Assembly (NCBI GenBank): GCA_963845185.1
Contig: CAWJRG010000006.1
Span: 1 to 64,000 of the forward strand
Source of the DNA: an uncultured bacterium
GTDB taxonomy: Bacteria > Oederibacteriota > PGYV01 > CAWJRG01
Direction: 5' to 3'
DNA length: 64,000 bases
Numbering within the stretch: the stretch's first letter is position 1; each line of letters opens with the position of its first letter. Shown piece after piece: positions 19,354-27,954 of this stretch. The notes beneath the pieces are model-generated. The model was not told where the DNA came from. It saw only the letters and a list, made by a program, of their open reading frames with translations, and did not search any database. The position numbers were made by a program, and so were the translations under genes.

Positions 19354-22300
19354 ATGTTTAAAAAAGAGGCAAAAGAAAAACAAGATGCCGGTATTAAAAA
19401 TCTTTTGCCTGAAATTTTTTTAAGAAAGGGGGATAAAAACAGGCATAAAAAATTTTTATTTGTATTAATAATAGCAACTTTTATATGCGGCAGTGCTTTC
19501 GCAACATCATCCATACAGAGCCTGACTGTGTCGCCTGCGACTTTATCAGCCGGCCAAAACGTAACAATAACATTTCAATTCGAAAGCAACAATACCGGAT
19601 GCAAGACAGCTTATTTCGCGGCCCTGTCAAACCAGTGCACTTTGCAAAGCGCCGGCGCATCAGGCCAGGCAATACTTGTAAATGAAAACGGAATAAATGT
19701 TGCCTGCTGCAGCGCACAGGCAAATGGAGGCAGGACAAGCCAGTGCTCTGGAAACAGCACCTGGTATACCAGCAATTCCGCTACCTGCGGCATGGAACCA
19801 GGCGGAGCCCCGATTTACATGACCGTGCCTTCAAGCTGGGCAAACGGCACGTATTACGCCATAGTTGCGGTAAGGGACTGCAACATATACGCAAATCCAG
19901 GTCTTGCTATAGATAACCAGGGATGCGTCCCGTTTGTTGTAGGCCCATCACCGACAAATACGCCTTTACCCACAAATACAGCTACGCCAACAACTGTTCC
20001 GCCGGGATTCATTGTGAATGTAGCGCAAATAGGTTATGGCAACGCAAGCAATGCTGTTCTTCAGGTAGTATCGCCCACGCTGACAAACACACAACCATCA
20101 AGCCCGACTTATACACGGACACCAACTCCAACATATACAAGAACAATTACTCCATCGTCAACCTACACATATACATACACTGATACGCCAACTTATACCT
20201 ATACGGATACATATACAATGACACCGACGCCGACTTATACTCCAACCGTGACAATCACAGTGTCAATGACATTTACCAGGACAAATACGCCTACATACAC
20301 GAATACACCAACGCCGACGTCAACGCCTACATATACAAATACGATGTCACCGACATATACATTCACGCGTACATCGACATACACAAATACGCCAACGCCT
20401 ACAGCAACGTCGACATATACAAATACGCTGACGCCGACATACACATACACACGTACATCGACATATACTAATACGTCAACGTATACATATACGGATACAG
20501 ATACAATGACAGCGACACCGACATATACTCCAACAGTGACAATTACAGTGTCCGTGACATTTACAAGGACAAACACGCTCACATACACACTGACTGACAC
20601 GCCAACAGCGACGCCGACATTTACAAACACGGTATCGCCGACTCCCACATACACGCAGACAGTGACATATACATACACGGATACAGTTACAGTGACAGCG
20701 ACGCCTACATATACTCCAACAGTGACAATTACAGTGTCCGTGACATTCACGAGGACATATACACCCACATATACATTGACTGACACGCCTACAGCGACAC
20801 CAACATATACAGACACAGCATCACCGACACCCACATACACGAGGACAGTGACATATACATACACATACACAGACACAATGACAAATACGCCGACAGTGAC
20901 AAATACAATAACGCCGACATATACAATAACAATGACATTTACAATTGTAATACTGTCGGCAACATATACGCCGACATACACGATAACCAGGACAAATACG
21001 CCTACAGATACAATAACGCTGACATACACACTGACAGATACGCCGACGTCAACGCCAACATATACAGACACGACATCGCCGACACCCACATACACGAGGA
21101 CAGTAACATATACATACACATACACAGACACAATGACAAATACGCCGACAGTGACAAACACAATAACGCCGACATACACAATAACGATGACGTTCACTGT
21201 TGTAATACTATCAGCGACATATACGCCGACATACACAATAACCAGGACAAATACGCCTACAGATACAATAACGCTGACATATACACTGACAGATACGCCG
21301 ACATCAACGTCAACATATACAGACACGACATCGCCGACACCCACATACACGAGGACAGTAACATATACATACACATACACAGACACAATGACGAATACGC
21401 CGACAGTGACAAATACAATAACGCCCACATACACAATAACAATGACGTTCACTGTTGTAATACTGTCGGCGACATATACGCCGACATACACAATAACCAG
21501 GACAAATACGCCTACAGATACAATAACGCTGACGGATACATTGACATATACGCCGACGGCAACACCTACATATACAAACACGACATCGCCGACGCCCACA
21601 TACACGCAGACAGTGACATATACAAGCACGAATACGGCGACATACACGAATACAGTGACGCCGACATACACGATAACAATGACATTTACTGTTGTAATAT
21701 TGTCGGCGACATATACACCGACATACACGGCAACGAGGACAATAACCGTGACAGACACGCAATCGGATACGCCGACTTCAACGCCTACATATACAAACAC
21801 AACATCGCCAACGCCCACATATACGCAGACAGTGACATATACAAGCACGAATACTGCGACATACACGAATACAGTGACGCCGACATACACGATAACAATG
21901 ACATATACAGTTGTAATATTGTCGGCGACGTTCACACCGACATATACGGCAACTAGGACAATAACAGTGACAGACACGCAATCGGATACGCCGACTTCAA
22001 CGCCGACATACACAAACACGTTATCGCCGACAGACACCTACACAGTGACAGATACATACACAAGCACAGCGACACCGACATTGACGGATACAGTACAAAA
22101 TACGCCGACATATACGGATACGCTGACAACAACGCCGACAGACACGGCAACGTCCACGTACACTGATACAAAAACAGACACGGTAACAGATACACCGACA
22201 TTTACATATACAGAAACGCCAACTTATACGCCGATAAATACGGCAACGCCTACATATACAAATTCGCCAATAGATACGCCAACAGATACACTAACAATAA

Positions 22301-23637
22301 GCCCGACGCCAAGCAGCACGCTGACATCTACATTGACATATACAGAAACGCTGACAAATACGCCAACGTTTACGGCAACCATAAGCCCAACTTTGAGCAG
22401 CACGCTGACATTAACATTCACGCACACATTTACCCCGACATATACAGATACGCCAACAGATACACCAACGTTGACGTCAACTGCAAGCCCTACATTCAGC
22501 AGAACCCTGACACAGACGTACACATATACAGCAACAGCAACTATCACAATAACCTATACAAATACGAATACACTGACAACAACACACACAGGTACAAACA
22601 CAGCTACGGTATCGATAACGGATACAATGACGTGCACGGCGACAGCCACAATAACAATAACGCCGGTTCCGTTCCCGTACGAGCTGAATATAAGCGTATA
22701 TAACGAGGCAGGAGAACTGGTGAAAGTGATAACGAATACAGCTGCATCGGAAGAAACGCAGCAAATGCTTTTGTTATTGAACGGGAGCCAGACAGGAATA
22801 ATATCGCCTGGCTCAGGGACGGCGCTGACAATAAGGATGCCCGGCGTAGAAACGCCTGACCAGCAAAAAGGCGGATACGCTGACTTTACGTGGGATGGTA
22901 CAACCAGCGCGGGACAGAATGTAGGGAACGGGGTATATTATATAAAGGCAACAATTACGGATCCGTACGGGCACAGCGAGGTGATAACAAAGGAAATAAC
23001 ATCAATGGAAAGCAACCAGTATGTAGAACTTAAAATATTCAACTCGGCAGGGGAGCTTGTAGACGACATAAAAGAGGAAAAGAGCGTAGCGGGAAATATA
23101 GCGCTTAAGATAAAGGATACAATAGGGTTAAATGCGGACAGCAGCAACAGCGTGAACATAATATACGGGGACGAGACCGGGGATATTATATACTGGAACG
23201 GCGAGAATTCGCAGGGAGCAATAGTACAGAGCGGGACCTACGAAATGGAAATAGTGGCAAGAACATCAGACGGCAGGATAATAACGACAAGCAAGACAGT
23301 GACGGTGCTGGTTGAGGCTAAAGAATTTGTAAACAATATAAAAGTCCGGCCCAATCCTTTTGTAACAAGCAGGGTAAATGGAGGCATGGTAGGCAATGCT
23401 TTGTTTACGTGGACAAGCTGGAGCACAGGAAACGTCAGGATAAAGATATATAACATAGCAGGTGAATTAATAAGGACGATAGGGGCAAAGGTGCAGGATG
23501 GGCAGGCGCAATGGGATGGGAAAACAGTTGGAGGGAATCCTGCATCAAGCGGAATTTACATATGCGTACTGGAAGCCAAAAGCGACACTGGACATAGCGA
23601 AAGACAAATAGTTAAGTTTGCGATAATTAGTAAATGA
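19354..23637 (+). CDS. Secreted Thr-rich stalk protein with a Cys-rich N-domain and FlgD-Ig/T9SS-like C-terminal domains (unit B3)
   Basis: Paralog of B2. Start set at 19354 by RBS spacing and alignment with B1/B2 (ORF track gives 19345). Confidence 0.85.
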   Translation: MFKKEAKEKQDAGIKNLLPEIFLRKGDKNRHKKFLFVLIIATFICGSAFATSSIQSLTVSPATLSAGQNVTITFQFESNNTGCKTAYFAALSNQCTLQSAGASGQAILVNENGINVACCSAQANGGRTSQCSGNSTWYTSNSATCGMEPGGAPIYMTVPSSWANGTYYAIVAVRDCNIYANPGLAIDNQGCVPFVVGPSPTNTPLPTNTATPTTVPPGFIVNVAQIGYGNASNAVLQVVSPTLTNTQPSSPTYTRTPTPTYTRTITPSSTYTYTYTDTPTYTYTDTYTMTPTPTYTPTVTITVSMTFTRTNTPTYTNTPTPTSTPTYTNTMSPTYTFTRTSTYTNTPTPTATSTYTNTLTPTYTYTRTSTYTNTSTYTYTDTDTMTATPTYTPTVTITVSVTFTRTNTLTYTLTDTPTATPTFTNTVSPTPTYTQTVTYTYTDTVTVTATPTYTPTVTITVSVTFTRTYTPTYTLTDTPTATPTYTDTASPTPTYTRTVTYTYTYTDTMTNTPTVTNTITPTYTITMTFTIVILSATYTPTYTITRTNTPTDTITLTYTLTDTPTSTPTYTDTTSPTPTYTRTVTYTYTYTDTMTNTPTVTNTITPTYTITMTFTVVILSATYTPTYTITRTNTPTDTITLTYTLTDTPTSTSTYTDTTSPTPTYTRTVTYTYTYTDTMTNTPTVTNTITPTYTITMTFTVVILSATYTPTYTITRTNTPTDTITLTDTLTYTPTATPTYTNTTSPTPTYTQTVTYTSTNTATYTNTVTPTYTITMTFTVVILSATYTPTYTATRTITVTDTQSDTPTSTPTYTNTTSPTPTYTQTVTYTSTNTATYTNTVTPTYTITMTYTVVILSATFTPTYTATRTITVTDTQSDTPTSTPTYTNTLSPTDTYTVTDTYTSTATPTLTDTVQNTPTYTDTLTTTPTDTATSTYTDTKTDTVTDTPTFTYTETPTYTPINTATPTYTNSPIDTPTDTLTISPTPSSTLTSTLTYTETLTNTPTFTATISPTLSSTLTLTFTHTFTPTYTDTPTDTPTLTSTASPTFSRTLTQTYTYTATATITITYTNTNTLTTTHTGTNTATVSITDTMTCTATATITITPVPFPYELNISVYNEAGELVKVITNTAASEETQQMLLLLNGSQTGIISPGSGTALTIRMPGVETPDQQKGGYADFTWDGTTSAGQNVGNGVYYIKATITDPYGHSEVITKEITSMESNQYVELKIFNSAGELVDDIKEEKSVAGNIALKIKDTIGLNADSSNSVNIIYGDETGDIIYWNGENSQGAIVQSGTYEMEIVARTSDGRIITTSKTVTVLVEAKEFVNNIKVRPNPFVTSRVNGGMVGNALFTWTSWSTGNVRIKIYNIAGELIRTIGAKVQDGQAQWDGKTVGGNPASSGIYICVLEAKSDTGHSERQIVKFAIISK
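20258..23102 (+). repeat. Near-identical direct repeat, copy 2 of 14601-17445
   Basis: Same 5657-nt offset as copy 1. Confidence 0.9.
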
Positions 23638-23652
23638 AAACAAAAGGCATAT

Positions 23653-24426
23653 TTACTTAAACAGCATCCATATAGCAATTGCGAACTGCAGAAAGGCAAA
23701 TAGCCTGTTTAAAAATCTTTTGTCAGCGCGTATGGATATCCTAGAGCCGATCAAAGCGCCTGCAAGGACGATTACAGATAAAATGCCGACGAGTTTGTAA
23801 TCAACATGACCAATAAAAGAATGGCCAAGGAATCCTGTAAAGCAGGTTATTACAATCATTGCGGAAGATGTAGCTACAGCTATTTTTATTGGAACACTAA
23901 AAAGCAGGGTCATCATCGGAACCTTTGCGAACCCGCCTCCTATGCCTATAATACTTGAGATAAAACCAGCCAAAAATGATATAGGCAGGCCCAGCCACAA
24001 ATTTATCGAATAGTATTCTCCGTTTTTTTCTATGTGATAAAAACCAAACTTTTCCCCGGGTTTTGATTTTAATGGTTTTTGGGGCATGAGCATAAAAATT
24101 GCAGATATGAAAATAACGACAGCGAAAAGGCGGCTTAAAAATTTTTCGGAAAAAAGATTTGAGTTGTAACTGCCAATATATGCGCCGAGTATGGACGCCG
24201 GTTCCAGAAGAAAAAGTATACGCCAGTCAATTAGTTCGTTAGTGTGGTATACAACGGCTGCAGTTAGGCTCATTACAAGCATTATTGCAAGGGATGTTGG
24301 TACGGCGTGATGAAAGGACAGGCCTGACTGCAGAAGGATAGGCACATACAAAACACCGCCGCCAAGTCCGAGCATTGAAAAAATTACGGCTACGGTAAAA
24401 ACCAGGATTAAAATAAAGAAGCTCAC
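23653..24426 (-). CDS. Sulfite exporter TauE/SafE family membrane protein
   Basis: Two repeats, LGLGGGVLYVP and IGIGGGFAKVP; AVPTSL/AVATSS; hydrophobic, 257 aa. Confidence 0.9.
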   Translation of the reverse strand: MSFFILILVFTVAVIFSMLGLGGGVLYVPILLQSGLSFHHAVPTSLAIMLVMSLTAAVVYHTNELIDWRILFLLEPASILGAYIGSYNSNLFSEKFLSRLFAVVIFISAIFMLMPQKPLKSKPGEKFGFYHIEKNGEYYSINLWLGLPISFLAGFISSIIGIGGGFAKVPMMTLLFSVPIKIAVATSSAMIVITCFTGFLGHSFIGHVDYKLVGILSVIVLAGALIGSRISIRADKRFLNRLFAFLQFAIAIWMLFK

Positions 24427-24461
24427 GTAAAACTATCCGAATAAAAAAAGAAATGAATTCA

Positions 24462-25175
24462 TTATATGTATTTGCCTCTGGAATGATTTGATTTAATTTT
24501 AATCAGGTCAATAAACATTCGAAAAGAATCTTTAAAGACTCGCACTTTTGTTGCTGCCGAGTTATGCCATTCAACTGGCATTTCTATAATTTTAAAACTG
24601 TGCAGTTTCGCTATATATAAAACTTCGACATCAAAACCAAAATCGTATATTAACTGCCTTTCGAAAACAGGCTCAATTACGCTTTTCTTAAAGCTTTTGA
24701 AACCGCACTGGGTATCATGCAAAGGAAGGCCAGTTATAAGGCGTACAAGCATGTTGAAAAATTTCCCCATTTTTTCCCTGTAAAAAGGCTGTTTTACAGG
24801 TATAAGTGATTCCTTCAGACCTCGCGACGCAATAACAATATCCGCTCCTTTCTGGTGTTCATCATAGAACTTGTCGAAAGTTTCAATTGGTGTGGATAGA
24901 TCGGCGTCGGTGAAAAGCATAATATCGTTTTTAGCTTCAAGCATTCCTTTTTTTATTGAATATCCCTTTCCCATGTTTTTACCGTTGGAAAGTACTCGCA
25001 CGCCTTTTTCTTTTTCTGCCACTTCGACGGTTTTATCGGTACTGCCATCGTTAACAACAACGATTTCAAAAGGGAAACTGCAGCCTTTTAAATACTTTTT
25101 TATCCTCTGCAAAGAGTAAGGAAGCCTTTTTTCTTCATTATAAGCCGGTATTATTATTGAAACCGAATCCATCAC
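24462..25175 (-). CDS. GT2 polyprenol-phosphate glycosyltransferase (dolichyl-phosphate beta-glucosyltransferase-like)
   Basis: Motifs IIPAYNEE, VNDGSTD, NMGKG, FTDADLS, DTQCGFK and FGFDVE. Confidence 0.93.
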   Translation of the reverse strand: MMDSVSIIIPAYNEEKRLPYSLQRIKKYLKGCSFPFEIVVVNDGSTDKTVEVAEKEKGVRVLSNGKNMGKGYSIKKGMLEAKNDIMLFTDADLSTPIETFDKFYDEHQKGADIVIASRGLKESLIPVKQPFYREKMGKFFNMLVRLITGLPLHDTQCGFKSFKKSVIEPVFERQLIYDFGFDVEVLYIAKLHSFKIIEMPVEWHNSAATKVRVFKDSFRMFIDLIKIKSNHSRGKYI

Positions 25176-25284
25176 ACTCTCCGTGGGCTTGTCATTTTTT
25201 ATACTGAATAAAAATATTATAATAAAAAAAATATTAATTTACAACGAAATTAATCCCGATTTGCGAAGATCCCTGACGATAGGG

Positions 25285-25493
25285 CTTCGACTGAGCTCAG
25301 CCGAAGTCAGACGGGGATACGGGTACCTGCTTGGGTGATTCACGAATCACCCAAACGAATGAAAAACAAAGGCGGGCAATTCATGAATTGCCCCTACGCA
25401 AAATAACACTATCAAGGGAAGGAGCATATTATTGATGCATTCTGTAATAGTGATATTGGAGCCCCCGGGGCTAAAGTCCTGGCTTTTTTGTTT
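25285..25493. repeat. Cluster of REP-like palindromes
   Basis: CTTCGACTGAGCTCAGCCGAAG (25285-25306), TTGGGTGATTC-AC-GAATCACCCAA (25331-25354), GGGCAATTCATGAATTGCCCCTAC (25374-25397), and a GC hairpin plus T-run at about 25461-25493. Confidence 0.7.
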
Positions 25494-25532
25494 ACCCGTC
25501 TGCGCGGTAAATATTTGTAGAGAAGGGGCTTG

Positions 25533-27001
25533 GAGTCTGTCTCAAAAGCCTCTTAATTCTTTGACATAAATGGTATAATGGTTTCAAAATTTAGCGAAGG
25601 AGAAACCAAATGCCAACGATAAGAGCCGATAGAAATCAAATGTATCTACTGCCACCGGCAATAGAAGATTGGGTTTCAAAAGATCATTTAGCTCGATTTG
25701 TCGTAGAATTCGTAGAAGAATTACCGCTTGAAGAGATGGGTTTTAAAATGGAAGAAGAAACCGGAAGACCGGGATATTTTGTAGATCTTTTACTTGGGGC
25801 ATGGATGTACGGCATACTGGAAGGAAAAAAGAGCAGCAGAAAAGTTGAAAAAATGACTTACGATTCAATGGGGATGATATGGATAACCGGGAATAATCAT
25901 CCCGACCATAATACGCTATGGAGATTTTTTAAAGGAAATAAAGAGCAGATAAGGGTTTTACTGAAGGAGACGGTGCGTGTGGCAACAAACAACAATTTGG
26001 TTGGTTTTGAAATCCAAGCCGTGGACGGCACAAAAATACAGGCAGATGTAAATAAGGAAAAGACCAAAACAATAAAAGACATGAATAAAAAAATACAAGA
26101 ATTAGACAGAGAAATAGACAAAATAATGGTGGAAATTGAGAAAAATGACGAACAAGACGATGAAGAGGACAAAAGTAAGTGCGGAATGCCAAAAGAATTG
26201 CAGGAAAAGGAGAAACTGCGTCAGGTAATAAGAGAACATATAGAACGTATGAAAAGTGAAGGAAAAACAACTGAAAACCCCACAGATAGAGACAGCCGGT
26301 TCATGATGACAAGAGGTAAAGGACTGCAACAGGCATATAACTCACAGGTTGTTGTGGACGCAAAGAAACAGATAATTGTGGCAGAGAATGTGACAAACAA
26401 GGAATCGGATGCTCACATGCTGAATGATATGATAGAAAAAGCAGAGTCGAATACCGGACAAAAATCAGGAGTAACGCTTGCGGATGGAGGGTATTATTCA
26501 CCGGAAGAACTGGCAAAAGCCAAAGAAGAAAAAAGGAATATAATTGTTAACTTGCCGGAGGATGACAGCGATAGGCCGTATGGCAAAGCGCATTTTAAAT
26601 ACGACAAAGAAAAAAACGAATATGTATGTCCTAAAAATGGCAGGCTTGAATATACCAGTATAAGGAAGAAGAAAAACGGAAAAGAGACAATGATATACCG
26701 ATGCGGGGATCATAGGGATTGTATTTATAAATACGAATGCAGCAAGGTAAAATCCGGAAGGATAATAGAAGCAAATAAGCATGAGTATGAGGAGATAGTG
26801 TCAATATACAGAGAAGAAGCTAGGGTCAATAACTGGAAAGAACAGCTTCGAAAGAGAAAAACAATAGTTGAGCCATTATTGGGACGTATAAAAAACGTAC
26901 TTGGTTTTACAAGATTTAGTGTTAGAGGAATCGAAAGCGTAAAAACACAATGGTCTTTTATATGCGCCGCCCATAACATAAAGCAGGAGGAAGAAAGATG
27001 A
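25533..27001 (+). mobile_element. IS1182-family element, apparently lacking its right end
   Basis: Candidate left IR GAGTCTGTCTCAAAA at 25533. I saw no complementary IR downstream. Confidence 0.7.
25610..27001 (+). CDS. IS1182-family transposase
   Basis: Motifs LLPPAIEDWV...HLAR, SSRKVE, PDHNTL, AVDGTKIQA, TDRDSR, LADGGY, YVCP, VEPLLGRIK and AHN. Confidence 0.92.
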   Translation: MPTIRADRNQMYLLPPAIEDWVSKDHLARFVVEFVEELPLEEMGFKMEEETGRPGYFVDLLLGAWMYGILEGKKSSRKVEKMTYDSMGMIWITGNNHPDHNTLWRFFKGNKEQIRVLLKETVRVATNNNLVGFEIQAVDGTKIQADVNKEKTKTIKDMNKKIQELDREIDKIMVEIEKNDEQDDEEDKSKCGMPKELQEKEKLRQVIREHIERMKSEGKTTENPTDRDSRFMMTRGKGLQQAYNSQVVVDAKKQIIVAENVTNKESDAHMLNDMIEKAESNTGQKSGVTLADGGYYSPEELAKAKEEKRNIIVNLPEDDSDRPYGKAHFKYDKEKNEYVCPKNGRLEYTSIRKKKNGKETMIYRCGDHRDCIYKYECSKVKSGRIIEANKHEYEEIVSIYREEARVNNWKEQLRKRKTIVEPLLGRIKNVLGFTRFSVRGIESVKTQWSFICAAHNIKQEEER

Positions 27002-27954
27002 AAAAGATAATTACAATGATTTGTTGTTTGTTGTTAGTAGTGATTTGTTGGGCTGGAGGAGTGATGGCCGAAGAAAATGCGGTAGGAGTAACTACAACAT
27101 CACAAGCTGAACCTGCAAAAGCAGCAACAAAAATTGCGCAAGGCCGAATGATGAAAGTCAAATTAGTTGAAAAATATAAACAAGATGAAATTAATAAGCG
27201 TATTAAGGTATTAAAAGGCGAATTACCGCCTAATTCGGTAGATGGAGGACCAGAACAATGTGTATATGACCTTGCTAATTTTAAGGCTGACCCGCAGATT
27301 GTGCTGCCAGTACTACTTGATAAATTGAACAATAGCAAAAATGAAGATTTGAGAAAAGTTATTGCTGAAGTAATTATCAACATAAGTCAAAGTGAAGAAG
27401 TATTAACAGCCTTAAGAAAAGTTGCAAATCAACCAATGTCGGAAAGTATCAAATCGAAACTTAAGACAACACCTTATGATTTTTATTCTTATATTCAAGG
27501 GGTAGCGCTTATGTCATTAGAAAAGGCGCATGATGTTAAATCAATACCTTTAATAATTGAGTGGTCTGAAAAATACAATCAAACTAATATTTTAGAGGTT
27601 GTAAATCAACACGATAAGAATATGAATTTTAATAACGAATGTGCAAACGAATTCGGAAAAGAGCTAAATGGGAATAATATAGATAATAAGAAAAAAATGG
27701 AAATTATTCAAGAATCAATATTATCTTTAGGACAATCACCTGATAAATATAGCAACTTTATTAAAGCAATACTAGATGATAAAAATGCAAGCGACGAATG
27801 TGTTAATAAATTATTAGAAATTAAGCAATATTCCAGATTTATTTCGGATAAAAAAGGCGAAAAGACACTTTTCGACAATTTAACTCCCCAACTTAAAAAT
27901 CTTAAAAACAAATTTAATAGCGAAAAAATTGATAAACTTTTAACCAAGGAATAA
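26998..27954 (+). CDS. Hypothetical secreted protein, HEAT-repeat-like
   Basis: RBS AGGAGG; signal peptide; helical repeats VLPVLLDKL...DLRKVIAEVI and SIPLIIE; very AT-rich. Confidence 0.65.
   Translation: MKKIITMICCLLLVVICWAGGVMAEENAVGVTTTSQAEPAKAATKIAQGRMMKVKLVEKYKQDEINKRIKVLKGELPPNSVDGGPEQCVYDLANFKADPQIVLPVLLDKLNNSKNEDLRKVIAEVIINISQSEEVLTALRKVANQPMSESIKSKLKTTPYDFYSYIQGVALMSLEKAHDVKSIPLIIEWSEKYNQTNILEVVNQHDKNMNFNNECANEFGKELNGNNIDNKKKMEIIQESILSLGQSPDKYSNFIKAILDDKNASDECVNKLLEIKQYSRFISDKKGEKTLFDNLTPQLKNLKNKFNSEKIDKLLTKE

Noticed and set aside
388..22547. Long Val-rich minus-strand ORFs and D/K/Y/H-rich alternate-frame ORFs (e.g. 580..1689, 15052..16380, 20235..22037, 9069..9962)
   Set aside because: They are shadows of the ACN-rich Thr repeats, which lack stops in other frames. 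They have no RBS or domain features.
14434..22600. Regular repeats that might suggest a CRISPR array
   Set aside because: These are in-frame coding repeats without unique spacers, and there are no cas genes.
5556..23637. Diversity-generating retroelement as the source of head variation
   Set aside because: There is no reverse transcriptase gene and no template/variable repeat pair with adenine-specific differences.
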